64,000 nucleotides of DNA. Origin: Octopus sinensis. Taxonomy: Eukaryota. Position numbers and translations under genes: made by a program. Below the pieces are notes generated by a model, which searched no databases, was not told the DNA's origin, and saw nothing but the letters and a program-made list of their open reading frames with translations. Location: the NCBI RefSeq assembly GCF_006345805.1, contig NC_043006.1, positions 34,968,001-35,032,000 on the forward strand, given 5' to 3'. Positions 1-13,731 of the stretch are shown piece by piece; positions within the stretch are counted from its first letter, which is position 1; each line of letters starts with the position of its first letter.

Positions 1-22
1 ATTTGAGATTACATAGACAGTA

Positions 23-93
<71 letters not shown>

Positions 94-1549
94 ATCAATT
101 ACTATATAAACAGCAATAATATAGGAGTATTGACTTTTATCATAACTGCTGGTATTTACGTCGTTCTTGATGTTGTAGTTGACGGAATATTTGTTGTTCT
201 TGTTGTTGGTGATGCAGCTTTCGCTGTATGTCTATTAAACAGGCCATTATTTATTATATCATCAAATTCATTTCCTGGTAATGTATAACGTTTCCGCAAA
301 ATTTGTTCTTATCGAAGTAAATTAGGTGGAAATTTTCAATTTATATTCTCTGAACACATACAACATCACAAACCAATATCTCTACTCACAAACAATACAG
401 ATCTACCATATACAGGCATATACATTGCCACACACACACACACAGACACACACACACACACGCATATCGCATATATCACAAATACATACATTCATACATA
501 TATACATACATATACGCACATACTAATGCATAAACATAGACACACACACAAGCACACACAGACACGCAGAGTCAGACAAATACACGCACACTACTCAGTC
601 AGACAAATGCATAAAGACCTACCAGCGCTAATGGACAAAGTAGAATATGGCAATCAAATACGATTGTTATAAACATATCAATATATATTAATGTGAAGAT
701 GTGAGACGTGGATAGAGCTCGGAAAATTCTTCAAATGATTGTGACGATCATTTTAAATAGCTTCTTCCTTCCTAAGACACGTCAACATTGGCTTACCTGG
801 GTACTTAAAGGTATGTACCCTCTTATGAGTAACGTCAAAAATTGACGTGCAACGATGAATTGATATAATAGTACTAATACCAATACAATATATATTTATA
901 TAATGCATAATATTCACGCATACACATAAGTTAGACACACATACGTGTAGGCGTGTATTTGGTTACTGTTGAATGTCGGGTGGAGGAGTAATCGCTATTA
1001 TAGTAGAAATTAGTAATATTCTATTTGTATCTTGGTCGAGTCAGTCTCTTGCCACTCTGAGTCTTGTCTGTGAGTGAACAGTGTCTTTGGTCAAGTTACA
1101 ACACATACGTACATACATACATGCATGGGTCCATGTATATAACGGCAAAGACCCCCCTCTCAGTTATGATTTAATACAGGATTACACCTAGAAAGTTCCC
1201 TGCCGAGACACATGTCCGAGAAAGGCTGATTTTAGAAGACCACATTCCCTTCTCCATGATACCGATGTTATACAAAGGAAAGGCAAAGGGGCCGATACAG
1301 CTTGGTATCAGTGATGTCGTAATTCATTTCTATAGCTGAATGAACTGGAGCAACGTGTCTTGCTCAAGAACACAACACCCAGTCTGGTCCAGAAATCGAA
1401 CTCACTATCTCAGGATTGAGAAACCAACGCTGCCACACGCAAGAAGAAGACGTCAAATGGCTCTAAAACTCCATTATTTATTGCATACACGCAGGCTGAA
1501 AGGGGTGGGGAATGAACAAAAACGATTTTTTTTAAAGTTAACTAATATA

Positions 1550-1947
1550 GGCGCAGGAGTGGCTGTGTGGTAAGTATCTTGCTTACCAATCACAAAGTTC
1601 CGGGTTCAGTCGCACTGCGTGGCACCTTGGGCAAGTGTCTTCTACTATAGCCTCGAGCCGACCAAAGCCTCGTGAGAGAATTTGGTAAACGGAAACTGAA
1701 AGAAGCCTGTCGTATATGTGTGTGTGTGTGTGTGTGTATGTCTGTATTTGTTCCCCAAACATCGCTTGACAACCGATGCTGGTGTGTTTACGTCCCCGTA
1801 TCAAAGCGGTTCGGCAAAACAGAACGATAGAATAAGTACTAAGTTTACAAGGAATAAGTTCCGGGGTCGATTAGCTCGACTAGAAGCGGTGCTCCAGCAT
1901 GGTCACAGTCAAATGACTGAAACAAATAAAAGAATAGAAGAATAAAG
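1550..1947 (+). mobile_element. SINE family B (tRNA-like head, CORE-like CCTTGGGCAAGT box, internal (TG)n spacer)
   Basis: GGCGCAGGAGTGGCTGTGTGGTAAG...GGTTCAGTC (B-box)...CCTTGGGCAAGTGTCTTC...(TG)n...GCTCCAGCATGG..CAGTCAAATGACTGAAAC. Confidence 0.85.
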
Positions 1948-1999
1948 GAATACATATATATGCGCGTGTGCGTGTGCGGGCGCAAGTGTGAATATGTGC

Positions 2000-2046
<47 letters not shown>

Positions 2047-2302
2047 GTATAGATACGTTTGTATCAGTGTCTGTATTGTGTATTGGTGTCCGCTTGCTTG
2101 TTATTCGTTATTTATTTTATAACCGTAGGTAAGAACGGTGAAAACCGAACGAGAAAAGATTTTAATTTCAGAATCACAAGCAAAGATTTAATTTAATGTA
2201 GTAAATCATATCAGTGTCACGTTCATCACGCGCCACCCGTGCCACAACGCCAACCAATACTCATTATCTGTACATCTATCCGTTTGTTTATATGTCTTTC
2301 TT

Positions 2303-2345
<43 letters not shown>

Positions 2346-2409
2346 TTCTCTCTGTCTATCTCAGTATGTATACACACTCACATATATATATGTATATATA
2401 CATGTATAT

Positions 2410-2489
<80 letters not shown>

Positions 2490-2891
2490 GCACACACATA
2501 CGTGTTTACATATGTGTATGTGTATATATATCTGCTGTTATTATTATCATTATTATTATTTGATAATCAAACAGACACCAAATGGAAGGCAGTGCTAAAT
2601 CAAATCACAAAATGGGTGTGGCGTTTGCATCGATTAGTCGAGACAAGACAAAGAGACATCCGAACAGGGTGATACACATGTATGTGTGTGTATATGCTGC
2701 ATTCCTTTGTGTATGTGTGTACGTCTGCATGGGCGCGAGTGCACAGGAGTATGTCAAATGCAGAATCGAGAATCAATCAGATAGCAGAGACTGCTCGACT
2801 GCAAAATGCAGACAAACTCTCACAAGTTCGTCCACGCCTTATGTGTTCGGAATAGATCCATATTGAGCAAGGTCATCCTCGCCATTCGTAC

Positions 2892-3012
2892 TCATTCTAT
2901 ACGGAAAAGTTCCATGTCAACCGTTACCGTAGAAAATCCCAACGCATCTTGATTTGCGGCACGAAATGATTTTGCATCTATGCATCTCCAATGGAAGTCT
3001 ACCTTTGTATAC
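2892..3012 (-). CDS. Candidate second exon of the same gene; in frame with the 13398 exon; 3' boundary uncertain (donor 2927, stop 2894-2892, or donor 2823)
   Basis: Strong acceptor TTTTTTTTTTGCCAG|G. The phase-2 frame is open: W-YTKVDFHWRCIDAKSFRAANQDALGFSTVTVDMELFRIE*. Product not recognised. Confidence 0.4.
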
Positions 3013-3054
3013 CTGGCAAAAAAAAAATATCAAACAGAAAAAAAAACATGAGCA

Positions 3055-3200
3055 GCCACGTGACCTGTTCTTTGCCCAAACACACTGCTAACCACACCTA
3101 TATCCACGTGATCAAATCTAAAATAGAACCACCTGCATAGATTGCTGTCAAAAACAACCAACTTCACCGACAAAACAGCCAACATCATTAACCACGTGAT
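3055..3200. promoter_or_regulatory. Cluster of three CCACGTGA E-boxes
   Basis: CACGTG at 3057-3062, 3105-3110 and 3193-3198, all with 5' C and 3' A, in unique sequence. Confidence 0.5.
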
Positions 3201-4059
3201 TAACTTCTAAAACAGGTAATGAATTGCAATCATAGAAAACGCTGGGAGTAATCAGGTCACCAGTCAAATGACCGATCAAAAGGCGTCCAACACGTTTTAG
3301 TGCTCTAACATCCGTACATCCACTAATGAATGTGACCGAATTCTCGATTAACTTTTGTCGCAATTGAATTTTGTGAATGAGGAAATAATCCAATTTAGCG
3401 TCAACAATAATATACGAGTGTATGTGGGGGGGGATACAGAGTGAGACAATCAGGCGCAGCTGTTTGGACGTTGACGATTTGGAATGACTGAATAGAAAAT
3501 CAACATGTGGCGAGAGTACTTTTTGGCACTAAAGGCAAACACACAAACGCACGTACACACGGGCACGCATACACGCGTTCGCAGAGATAATCCCACGCAG
3601 AAAGAAATAATGGGAATGAAACAGAGTAGGGGAGAGAGAGAGAGAGAGAGAGAGATAGAGACAGAGAGAGAAATAAGAATATATTAATTGAATTTGATCT
3701 TTCTTCTGACAGGCAAAACGGAAAACCCCCAAACGCATCGAGAGGAAACGAGAGTGGGGAGAGGAAAGATATGTTTCATTAATCGAATATGATTGACAAA
3801 AAATCTTTATCCTGTCCTTAAACACATGAAGAGAAATATGTCCACATACGTAAACAGAGAGGGGGTAGAAGGAGGGAGAGAAAGGAGAGATGAAGAGGGA
3901 CATATTTAAACGTCTTATGTCAAGTAAGTCAGCGTCGAATCAACGACGCAAAGATGGCTCATGGAAAAGGTTTCATCGCTCATGTTCATGAATGCAAGTG
4001 TTTGTGTGAGTGTGTGTGTGTGTGCGTGTGTGCATGGTGTATTTAACGCAAAGTAGATT

Positions 4060-4234
4060 AGATAAGAAGAGTTCATTATGTACATTATTTACATTATTTA
4101 GATTTGACGGATATTTGTCTTCATCATGTTTTTTCCTAACACAACGTTTCAGCTGATATACTCTCCAGCCTTCTTCAGGTGTCCTGGGGAAAATTCGAAC
4201 CTGGGTTCTCATTCTTAAAGTATTTTTCAATGTC
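4060..4234 (-). mobile_element. Short hammerhead-containing repeat (PLE pLTR-like), family H1
   Basis: Homologous to 5020-5195. Starts after (AAT)n with CATTGAAAAATA and contains an intact hammerhead core. Confidence 0.75.
4138..4183 (-). ncRNA. Minimal type-I hammerhead ribozyme
   Basis: GACAC-CUGAAGA-A-GGCUG(10-nt loop)CAGCU-GAAA-CGU-U-GUGUU. Stem I is GACAC/GUGUU, stem II is 5 bp, stem III is a 1-bp pair with an ACGU palindrome, and H17=U. Confidence 0.7.
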
Positions 4235-4282
4235 ATTATTATTATTATTATCATTATTATTGTTATTATTATTACCATTATC

Positions 4283-5195
<913 letters not shown>

Positions 5196-5699
5196 TGAGA
5201 AGAGTTGTTTTACTTTCTAATAACTTAGTCAGTGTACAATTATCGAGCGATTCATTCAATTGCGCTACTCAGTTCACACTCCGCAACCATGAGCAAATGT
5301 AGCGATAACCTTGGATCACATATCTCGTAGAGGAAAATGTCGCCTTTAACTACTGAAACTGCATAATCTCCAGTATACCATGATTTATATGTAGAGATGA
5401 TGTATACAGAGAATTTAATTATACGTAACACCACACATTATATTGCACAATCCATTTGTTTGTGTGAACATAATTGGGCTTACTGTCAAGACTACTTTTA
5501 GGTTTACATCGAAGTCGATAAAGCGCAGATAATCAGTATGCGAGTTATCGTACGCTAAGCGCTATAATCTTCAATTAAGGCTGGTCGCTTTCAGTCGTCG
5601 AGGGAATATTTACATAGCTGTTTGCTGTGCTAGACATAGCAGTTAAATCTCTGTAAAATCATAACCTACCATGAATAAATAGTAGTAATTCCAGATTAA

Positions 5700-6125
5700 G
5701 GCGGCGAGCTGGCAGAAACGTTAGCACGCCAGGTGAAATGCTTGGCGGTATTTCGTCTATCTTTACGTTCTGAGTTCAAATTCCGTCGAGGTCGACTTTG
5801 ACTTTCATCCTTTCGGGGTCGATTAAATAAGTACCGGTTACGCATTGGTATAATCGACTTTATCCTTTTGTCTGTCCTTGTTTGTCCCCTTTGTGTGTAG
5901 CCCCTTGTGGGCAGTAAAGAAATAAGAAACGTTCGCATGCCGGGCGAAATGCTTAGCGGTATTTCGTCTGTCTTTACGTTCTGAGTTCAAATTCCACCGA
6001 AGTCGACTTTTCCTTTCATCCTTTCGGGGTCGATGAATTAAGTATCAGCTGCGTACTGGGGTCGATCTAATCTACTGGCTCTCTCCCCCAAAATTTCAGG
6101 TCTGGTGCCTAGAGTAGAAAAGAAT
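5700..6125 (+). mobile_element. SINE family A dimer (tRNA-like head; first monomer carries a LINE-like tail)
   Basis: Head GGCGGCGAGCTGGCAGAAACGTTAGC (A-box-like) and GAGTTCAAATTCC (B-box). Tail AGCCCCTTGTGGGCAGTAAAGAAATA, then a second monomer ending CCTAGAGTAGAAAAGAAT. Confidence 0.85.
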
Positions 6126-6519
6126 AATAGTTTCAGATTAGATTTTGGTACAAGGGCAGCAATTTCTGTGGTCCATTATACCAGTGCGTAACTGGTACTT
6201 ATTTCATCAACCCCGAAGGGTTGAAGCGCAAAGTCGACCTCGACGGATTTGAACTTAGAACTCAAAAATAAATGAAATTCTACTAAGAAGCTTGCCGAGC
6301 GCAGATTCTGCTAGTTGGGCTCATATGAGAAAAATATAATTCTACATGTATAGGAGCAGGTATTGCTGTGTGACTTAGAAGTCTGAATCGAAACCAAGCG
6401 GTGTCAAGTTCAGTTCCACAGAGTACAGCTTGGGCAAATGTCTTCTTCAATTTCCCCCACTGTCTAATGTCTTGTGACTGAATTTGGTTGACTGTGTGGA
6501 TACCCATCGTAAACATACA

Positions 6520-6551
<32 letters not shown>

Positions 6552-6858
6552 AAGAAACACAAGTTAAAAGTAATGGTCAATTTTTAACTTGTTTTTTATA
6601 TACCACTCTGTGTAAAACATAATCTGTCTGAAGGCCATCCACGGATTTACAAAACAGAATTGTGATGAGCCATAACCTTGGACTCTGCCATAAAAGTACC
6701 TGGGATTCTTTATTAATCCAAATAATACTGTTTGCCTGGTGTCCTAGCAAATAGTTATGAAGTATTTTGCCCGGATTAATAATCCTTCACTATGAGCTCT
6801 GTTTTAACATTATATGTAAGTGTGTATGCATGTATGTATGTATGTATGTATGTATCTT

Positions 6859-6936
<78 letters not shown>

Positions 6937-7055
6937 AAGAGACAGAGAGGGACAGAGAGATAGATAGATATAGGACGCATGGCTACATGCATACATATAT
7001 ATTTACATATACATGTGTATGTATGCATGTATGCATGTATATATATATACATGTG

Positions 7056-7095
<40 letters not shown>

Positions 7096-7139
7096 TATAT
7101 GTATATGTATCTATATGTATGTATGTATGTATGTATGCA

Positions 7140-7678
7140 TAAAATTAAAAATTAGCACGTAGCATAAGGACGTACAAGACATCAACCTGTTTAGAAATAG
7201 GGGTTAAAGCCCCTATTCAACCACCAATAAGCACCAAAAATAACAGGAAATAACAGTAAGCTAGGAAAACGGATAAAGAATTCAGAAATTAAAGAGCATA
7301 CCTTTAAGGATTCTGTCATTCAGATGCTCGTATAGCGTGGTTTCGGAGGCTGGGCCAACGGGCCCCAACCTTTATCTGTATGAGTTATTGATGGATTTAT
7401 AACGTGGCGGATTTAGAATTTTTCCTCGGCAACTCATACTGGTGAAGGTTGAGGCCCGTTGAGCCAACCCCCAAAGACCATGGTATATGAGCATTGGAAT
7501 TGCATAAGTCTTAATGATATGCTCTTTAACTTCTTAATTCTTTATCTGTTTCCTTCACTTACTGTTATTTTCTGATAATTTTGGTGCTTTTTGGTGGTGG
7601 AACTGGGACTTCCACTCCTATATCTAAGCAGGTTGATGCCTTGTGCATATTTATGCTTTGTGTTCATTTTTGATTTTA
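7140..7678. mobile_element. Foldback/MITE-like element: ~250-bp imperfect inverted arms, ~40-bp spacer
   Basis: Example pairs: AAGACATCAACCTGTTTAGAAATAGG with CCTATATCTAAGCAGGTTGATGCCTT; ATAAAGAATTCAGAAATTAAAGAGCATA with TATGCTCTTTAACTTCTTAATTCTTTAT. Confidence 0.85.
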
Positions 7679-8158
7679 TAGCTATATAATGCTATTAAAC
7701 CTGGAACCACCGATATTACTGTTGATATTATTATCAATTACTTATTTTCACCACAGATGTTATTAACAATAGTGATATCTTATTTCGAATGTAAGCTTTC
7801 GAATATTTGCTCATATGCGAAGTAGATAAAACAGGGGACAACTGATGAAGGGAATGTTCTTTATGCTGCCTGTTTCGTTTCTCTATTTGTTTCTTTCGTC
7901 GTTTAAAAAAGTTCGTTACCATGTTTTTGTTTTTTATGCTTTCGTTTCTCATTTTTGACGTCCTGTACCCATATATATATATATATATAAAATTAAATAA
8001 GGGTAGAAATCGATATTGATCAATTAAAACCAGTGGCATAGCATATTTTTTAAAAGTCCGAAGATTTTTGGGAACACATTCTTCGTGGTAAATGGCGAGT
8101 TTGACGTCTATTTCTAGCATACAGGCTGTCCACTATTAGTGGTCATTCCTCTAAATTT

Positions 8159-8201
<43 letters not shown>

Positions 8202-8694
8202 GTATGTATGTACATATATGTATGTATATATGCATATATATATATTATTTATATTATATATATATAAGCATGTGCGAGCGTGTGTGTATACATGTTCTGT
8301 ACGTGTGTGTGTGCGTGGTCATGTGTGAATGTGGGTGTGCGTGTGTGCGCGTGTGTATGTTTATTTTATTCACCCCCACCCCCACCAGCACCGATTAGCA
8401 AACAGTGCTTGTTTGGTTAACTTCTCTGAACGTAGCGGTTCGGCATAAGCAACAGATACAATAAATACCAAATTTACAACAAAAAAAAAATAAAAAAATT
8501 AATAAATAAGTGCTGGGGACGATTTCTTCGACTATAACAATTCAAGGCCGCGGCCCAAGATGGCCGCAGTCCCATGACTGAAGCTAGATGAAAGAGGATT
8601 GAAAGTATATCCAACAAGAAATTTATGAAAATAATAACCCATCTTCAATTTTCTTCATTCGTTTCTATGTTAAGACAATCGAAGTGTCAACATA

Positions 8695-9963
8695 CGAGGG
8701 TTGTTCAATAAGTAACGTCTCTGACCCATTTGCAGTTGTTTGATCTAGCTCAAACTTTGCATGTGCAATCATTTATATCTCTATAGAGTAAGTGACAAAT
8801 TACAGCTCTGAATTAATTGTGGTTTCTGATTTACAGGTGTTTGAACCGAGTCAAGTGTGAAATGGAGCCAGTTGAGTGTCGAGCAGTGATCCAGTTTTTG
8901 TATTTGAAAGGACGCACACCACGGGAGACTTTTGATGAAATGAAAGTAACTTATGGTGATGATGCCCCATTATATGACCTTGTAAAACGCTGGCATCGTG
9001 AATTCAAACATGGTCGGAACTCTGTCGAAACAGCTCCCAGATCCGGTCGCCCTGTCCGTCAAGCTGAGGCTGCCATTTTGGAAGATCGACGCATAATTAT
9101 TCGCCAAATAGCTCATGAGGTCAAGATTAGTACCGGGTCTGTGGAAACTATCATTCATGACCATTTGCATATGCAAAAGGTGTCTGCCAGATGGATTCTC
9201 AGGTTGCTCACGCCTTTCCAGAAGCAAGAACGCGTCGAATGCTCGAGGATGAATTTGGAGATGTGCCAAGAAGATGAGTCAAACTTTTTCAAAAGACTGA
9301 TTACAAAGGATGAAACCTGGGTTCATCACGATGATCCAGAGACCAAAGCCCAGTCAATGCAGTGGAAGCACCGTGACTCACCCCCTCCAAAGAAGGCAAG
9401 GGTGCAGCCTTCCGCTGGCAAGATCATGCTCACAGTCTTCTGGGACCAGGACGGAGTAGTGATGACAGATTTCCTGGCAAAGGGTACCACAATTACAGGA
9501 GCCTATTATGCTTCACTTTTGAGGAAATTAAGAGAAGTTATCAAAATCAAGAGGCGGGGCAAGATCAGCAAAGGCATCCTCCTCCTGCAGGACAACGCTC
9601 CGGTCCACAACTCGCTTGTCGCCAGATCAGAAGCACAGGCGTATGGCTATGAACTCCTCCCCCATCCCCCCTACTTTCCTGACCTTGCACCCTCTGATTT
9701 TCACCTCTTCCCAGTCATGAAGTTGTTTTTGAAAGGAAAGCGTTTCCCAGATGATGCAGCCTTGATTTCTGAAGTCATGTTCAGGTTGGAGGACCAAGCT
9801 GGGGTCTTCTACAAAAACGGTCTCCAGAGCTGCATCAAACGATGGTAGAAATGCGTAACTCTGGGTGGTTCCTATGTAGAAAAAGACTAATAACTGTGCC
9901 AAGTTTCGTTGCTCTACTGCTATGGGAAGTGGGTCAGGGGCATTACTTATTGAAAGCCCCTCG
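8695..9963 (+). mobile_element. Mariner (DD34D) DNA transposon, near full length, 1269 bp
   Basis: Imperfect ~34-bp TIRs (left CGAGGGTTGTTCAATAAGTAACGTCTCTGACCCA; reverse complement of right CGAGGGGCTTTCAATAAGTAATGCCCCTGACCCA). TA target duplication at 8693-8694 and 9964-9965. Encloses a transposase ORF. Confidence 0.97.
8862..9890 (+). pseudogene. Mariner transposase with premature TAG at 9846-9848 and a probable ~10-codon in-frame deletion after SGRP
   Basis: ATG at 8862. Motifs PRSGRP, WILRLL (WVPxxL-like), ITKDETW, LQDNAPVH and HPPYFPDLAPSD, with 34 residues between the 2nd and 3rd Asp. The frame continues past the TAG as KCVTLGGSYVEKD* to 9890, the usual mariner C-terminus. Confidence 0.92.
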
Positions 9964-10501
9964 TAGCTACGGAAATATATCAGATAGTTCTCAGCTTATC
10001 GACATTTCCTTTTAATTGCTAGGAATATATGAATGTTCTTCTCTATATTTCTATTAACATTTTCACCTTTGCAAGACATCTTCGCTGAAATTTATGTTCA
10101 TTAAACCCATGCACACACACACACACACACACCACACACACACACACACACAACACGGACAGAAGAAATTAATATATATGCATGCATATATACGTATATG
10201 TTTTATGATGATATGCATGTATATGTACGCAAAGTTGTATATGTGTTCATACATGCATATACACATGTGTTCAAACATACATACATAGATGCATACATGC
10301 ATACATACATACATACATACATACATAAACGCATGCATATGTATAGAGTTACATCTATAATTAATTCATAATATATATGATATAAATTCATTGTATATAT
10401 TTTATGCGTATGTATAAACACGCATATATATATATTCATATTCATAAATGCATATGTGTGTGTGTGTATGCATAAATATATACGTACATCATATATGTCG
10501 A

Positions 10502-10537
<36 letters not shown>

Positions 10538-11024
10538 CTCACAGACGGGCTTGCATGTGTTGGTGTGTGCCAAGACTTATACACTCTATTAATATGTTGT
10601 TGGACAAAATTGATGGACATGGAAAGTGATAACAATTAGTTTTTTCGAAAATTGCTTTTACATTAAATACGAATCTAAATTATTAAATTCACTCGCACGG
10701 TTACTTATGCATATACACTCACGTATACATACATGGAAGTTTGTACAAGTGAGCTTTTGATATTTAACCCTTGGCATGGCCTGACCGAATGATTCCTGTT
10801 CCAATACGTTCCCACTCTTCAATCTTTCTTGTGTAACCAGGTTAAGGTAGAAGAAAATTAACCCTAGAGGTCCTCCTCTGACATCAGGGCCACATCAGTA
10901 TCATCATCCTCACCTTTATGTTTTATTGTAATTTTTAACTTTTTTAAAACATTATCTTATCATCATCACCATCATCATCATCATCATCATCGTCGTCGTC
11001 ATCATCATCATCTTCATCATCATT

Positions 11025-11335
11025 ATTATTTCTCGCTATCACAGGTTTTGTTCGAGCTCCTGGAGTCTCAAATGCCTAGCGAGCTTACAACCTGTAGCTT
11101 TCGGTGCCATGCTATCCGTTCTTTTCACCAATCTAATACTTCCAGATTATTCTGGCCGTGAAAATCTTGTGTAGCAGTTCTATTGGGCACTCTATTCCAA
11201 TTTCCTTTATATAATAAGTATTTCCTCTTTTTCACAGGTTTTGTTGCAGCTCCTGGAGTCTTGCATGCGTAGTGGCTTTACTACCTACACCCAACGATAC
11301 CATGCTACCCGTTGCTTTCAGCTGTTATCATTAAA
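11025..11335 (-). mobile_element. Two tandem 3'-end copies of the same family as 54800-55075
   Basis: The reverse complement contains CACGGCCAGAATAATCTGGAAGTATT and GAGACTCCAGGAGCTCGAACAAAACCTGTGATA, shared with 54940-55075. The downstream copy ends in an (AAT)/(GAT) tract. Confidence 0.7.
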
Positions 11336-12299
11336 GTCGACACGCTGGCAGAATTCTTCCTCCACCTTAACGTTTGAATCAACTTTGCCTTTCATTGCTT
11401 CGGTGTTGATAAAATAAGAATGAGTTGAGTTCTGAGGTCGATGAAATAAACTAGGCTCCTCCCTCATATTCCAGGCCTTATGCTTATAGTATAAAATAAC
11501 AATAGTAATTGTAATTATTATTGCTGGGGCAGCAACGAGGCAGAATCGTTGGACCGTTGAACAGGCTGCTTGGTAGCATTGCTTTCGTCTCTTTTCGCTC
11601 GTGAATGTGCGTGTGAAAGCTGTTTCTTGAAATTGTTGCCTTTGTGTTTGCTATAATTTCGCGAGTATGCAAACAACGCCACCTTGTGGGAGAAACTTGA
11701 GCTACGTCATTATATTGTTAATCCCAGAATTTTCTTGTATAATTATTTTTGGTAATATATCGTCTGTGCAAGGGTGTTTTTGGTCGTTGAGGAGGTTCTT
11801 TCTGGGATGATCGGCATTTTGTATTGAATGTCGTCTAGTGAAGAAAATATTTTCAAATGTCTGTCCCCACCACACACGTACACACACACACACACATACA
11901 CACATGCACACACACAATCCAAACATACGATTGAACAGATGTTTAAATACAAGCACGCATCTCCTTGAAAACTAATTCTGCAGAAATTAACCGCATAAAT
12001 GATAATCCAATTCGTACGATACTTGACAAAATTTAATCCACAGTTTGAAACGAAACGACATATCGAAGCAAGATACAACAACAATAAAACAAGCGACAAA
12101 AACAGCAGTAGTAGCAGCAGCAGCAGCAACAGCAACGAAGAAAGTATGCTAATTCCCAGATAATTCATTTTAAACCAGACAAATACCGGGGGGATTAAGT
12201 TGTTGGATGTGAAAGAAAGAATTTTTCTGAAGTCCATTGACGTCTGACGATGTGGAAATCTAGCAATTTTATCATCATAACCATCATTATCCTTATCGT

Positions 12300-12509
12300 C
12301 GGCGTTGGCATCGTTGCCGACACCATCATCATCATCATCATCATCATCATCGTCGTCGTTGTCGTCATCCTCATCAATATGCAACAGCATCTTCATAACA
12401 TCAACTTCATCATCATTATCACCAATATTTCATCATCATCATCATCAACCTCGACTCATCGTCATCGTCATCGTCATCATCGTCATCGTCATTGTCATCA
12501 TCGTCATCG

Positions 12510-12546
<37 letters not shown>

Positions 12547-12680
12547 GAGCATCATCATCATTATCAACATCACCGTAATCACCAAGATCGTCACCACCAC
12601 CATTGTACCCATGCTCCTCTCCTCTTCCTCCTTCTCTTCCTCATCATCTTCCTTACCATCATCCTCTTCATAAAGATAAT
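12300..12680. repeat. Compound (CAT/CGT)n microsatellite
   Basis: Direct inspection; explains the poly-His/Ser/Ile ORFs. Confidence 0.95.
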
Positions 12681-13381
12681 CTTCTTTTTCTCCTTATTCT
12701 CACCGTCCTTCTCTTCCAGCTTATTCTGAAAATCCTAGCGCAATCCTCCTCCTCACACTACTCCTAAAAGCCAACAACAACATCAACAAAAACAACCACA
12801 AAAACTCCACCTTCCTTAAATCCCCTCCTACGTTCTTTTTCTCTGCATCCGCTTCTTGTTCCAACTCAGTTTATCTCACTCTATGTAGTTTCCAAACATC
12901 AGGAAATTACATACCCACACACTAAGTACTACCCTCTTCATTATCATCATCCTCATCATCATAATTATCGTTATATCATCATCATCATCATCATCATACC
13001 TGCTAAATTATCTAAACCACCTCCTTTACAATGCCCAACGTCAAACGTCTCAACCGAGAATTTTACCAACCAGTGAAAAGATCTCATCAATGTTTTTTTT
13101 TCCCCTTTTTTTCTAACTGTTAACATATCGCATTAGGATATTCAAATCAAGCATTTAAAAACCACTTCAGTAGCCATTTAAACTTTCTTGGACTCTGTCT
13201 TCGCCTCGCCGTCATCCCACGCAGTTTCATAGTGAATTTTCATTCATCCGCCGAACCGACTCACCCCTCAGAGTACCCTCATAATATCGTCAATATCTTC
13301 TTTTTCTACTCCAAAACAACATACGTGAGCCACCAACCGCTCGTTATGCGTCAAGCGCGTACATCTAACACGAGAACTCAC

Positions 13382-13398
13382 CAGCTACTTTCCGCCAT
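13382..13398 (-). CDS. Candidate first coding exon (MAESS + TG, phase-2 donor) of an unidentified host gene
   Basis: AAAATGGCGGAAAGTAGCTG|GTGAGT: strong start context (also a YY1-type AAATGGCG motif) and a consensus donor, inside a unique CpG-retaining island (~13190-13560). Confidence 0.55.
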
Positions 13399-13674
13399 TT
13401 TCTCTTCCAAACAATTTCAGTCAATATATTTTGATATACGACTCCACTAAAGTAAACTTAACGACTTATTGGTCTCGAAAAATAGCCGTAAAAATTTGCC
13501 TGCTCATTCGCCTGCGTTCCTCTTCTCCCACACAGCTCAAAACATTCACTGTTTATACCATATTCGCAGAACTACCTCTCTCACTTTCTCTCCGCCTTCA
13601 ACGTTCTTTGATTCATGTCCATCCCTCTATAGCCTTTTTATTTGTGTCTTGGTTGTTCTGATAGTCTAATAGTC

Positions 13675-13731
<57 letters not shown>

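Noticed and set aside
7734-8120. 128-aa minus-strand ORF
   Set aside because: Low complexity, crosses a (TA)n tract and has no domain signal.
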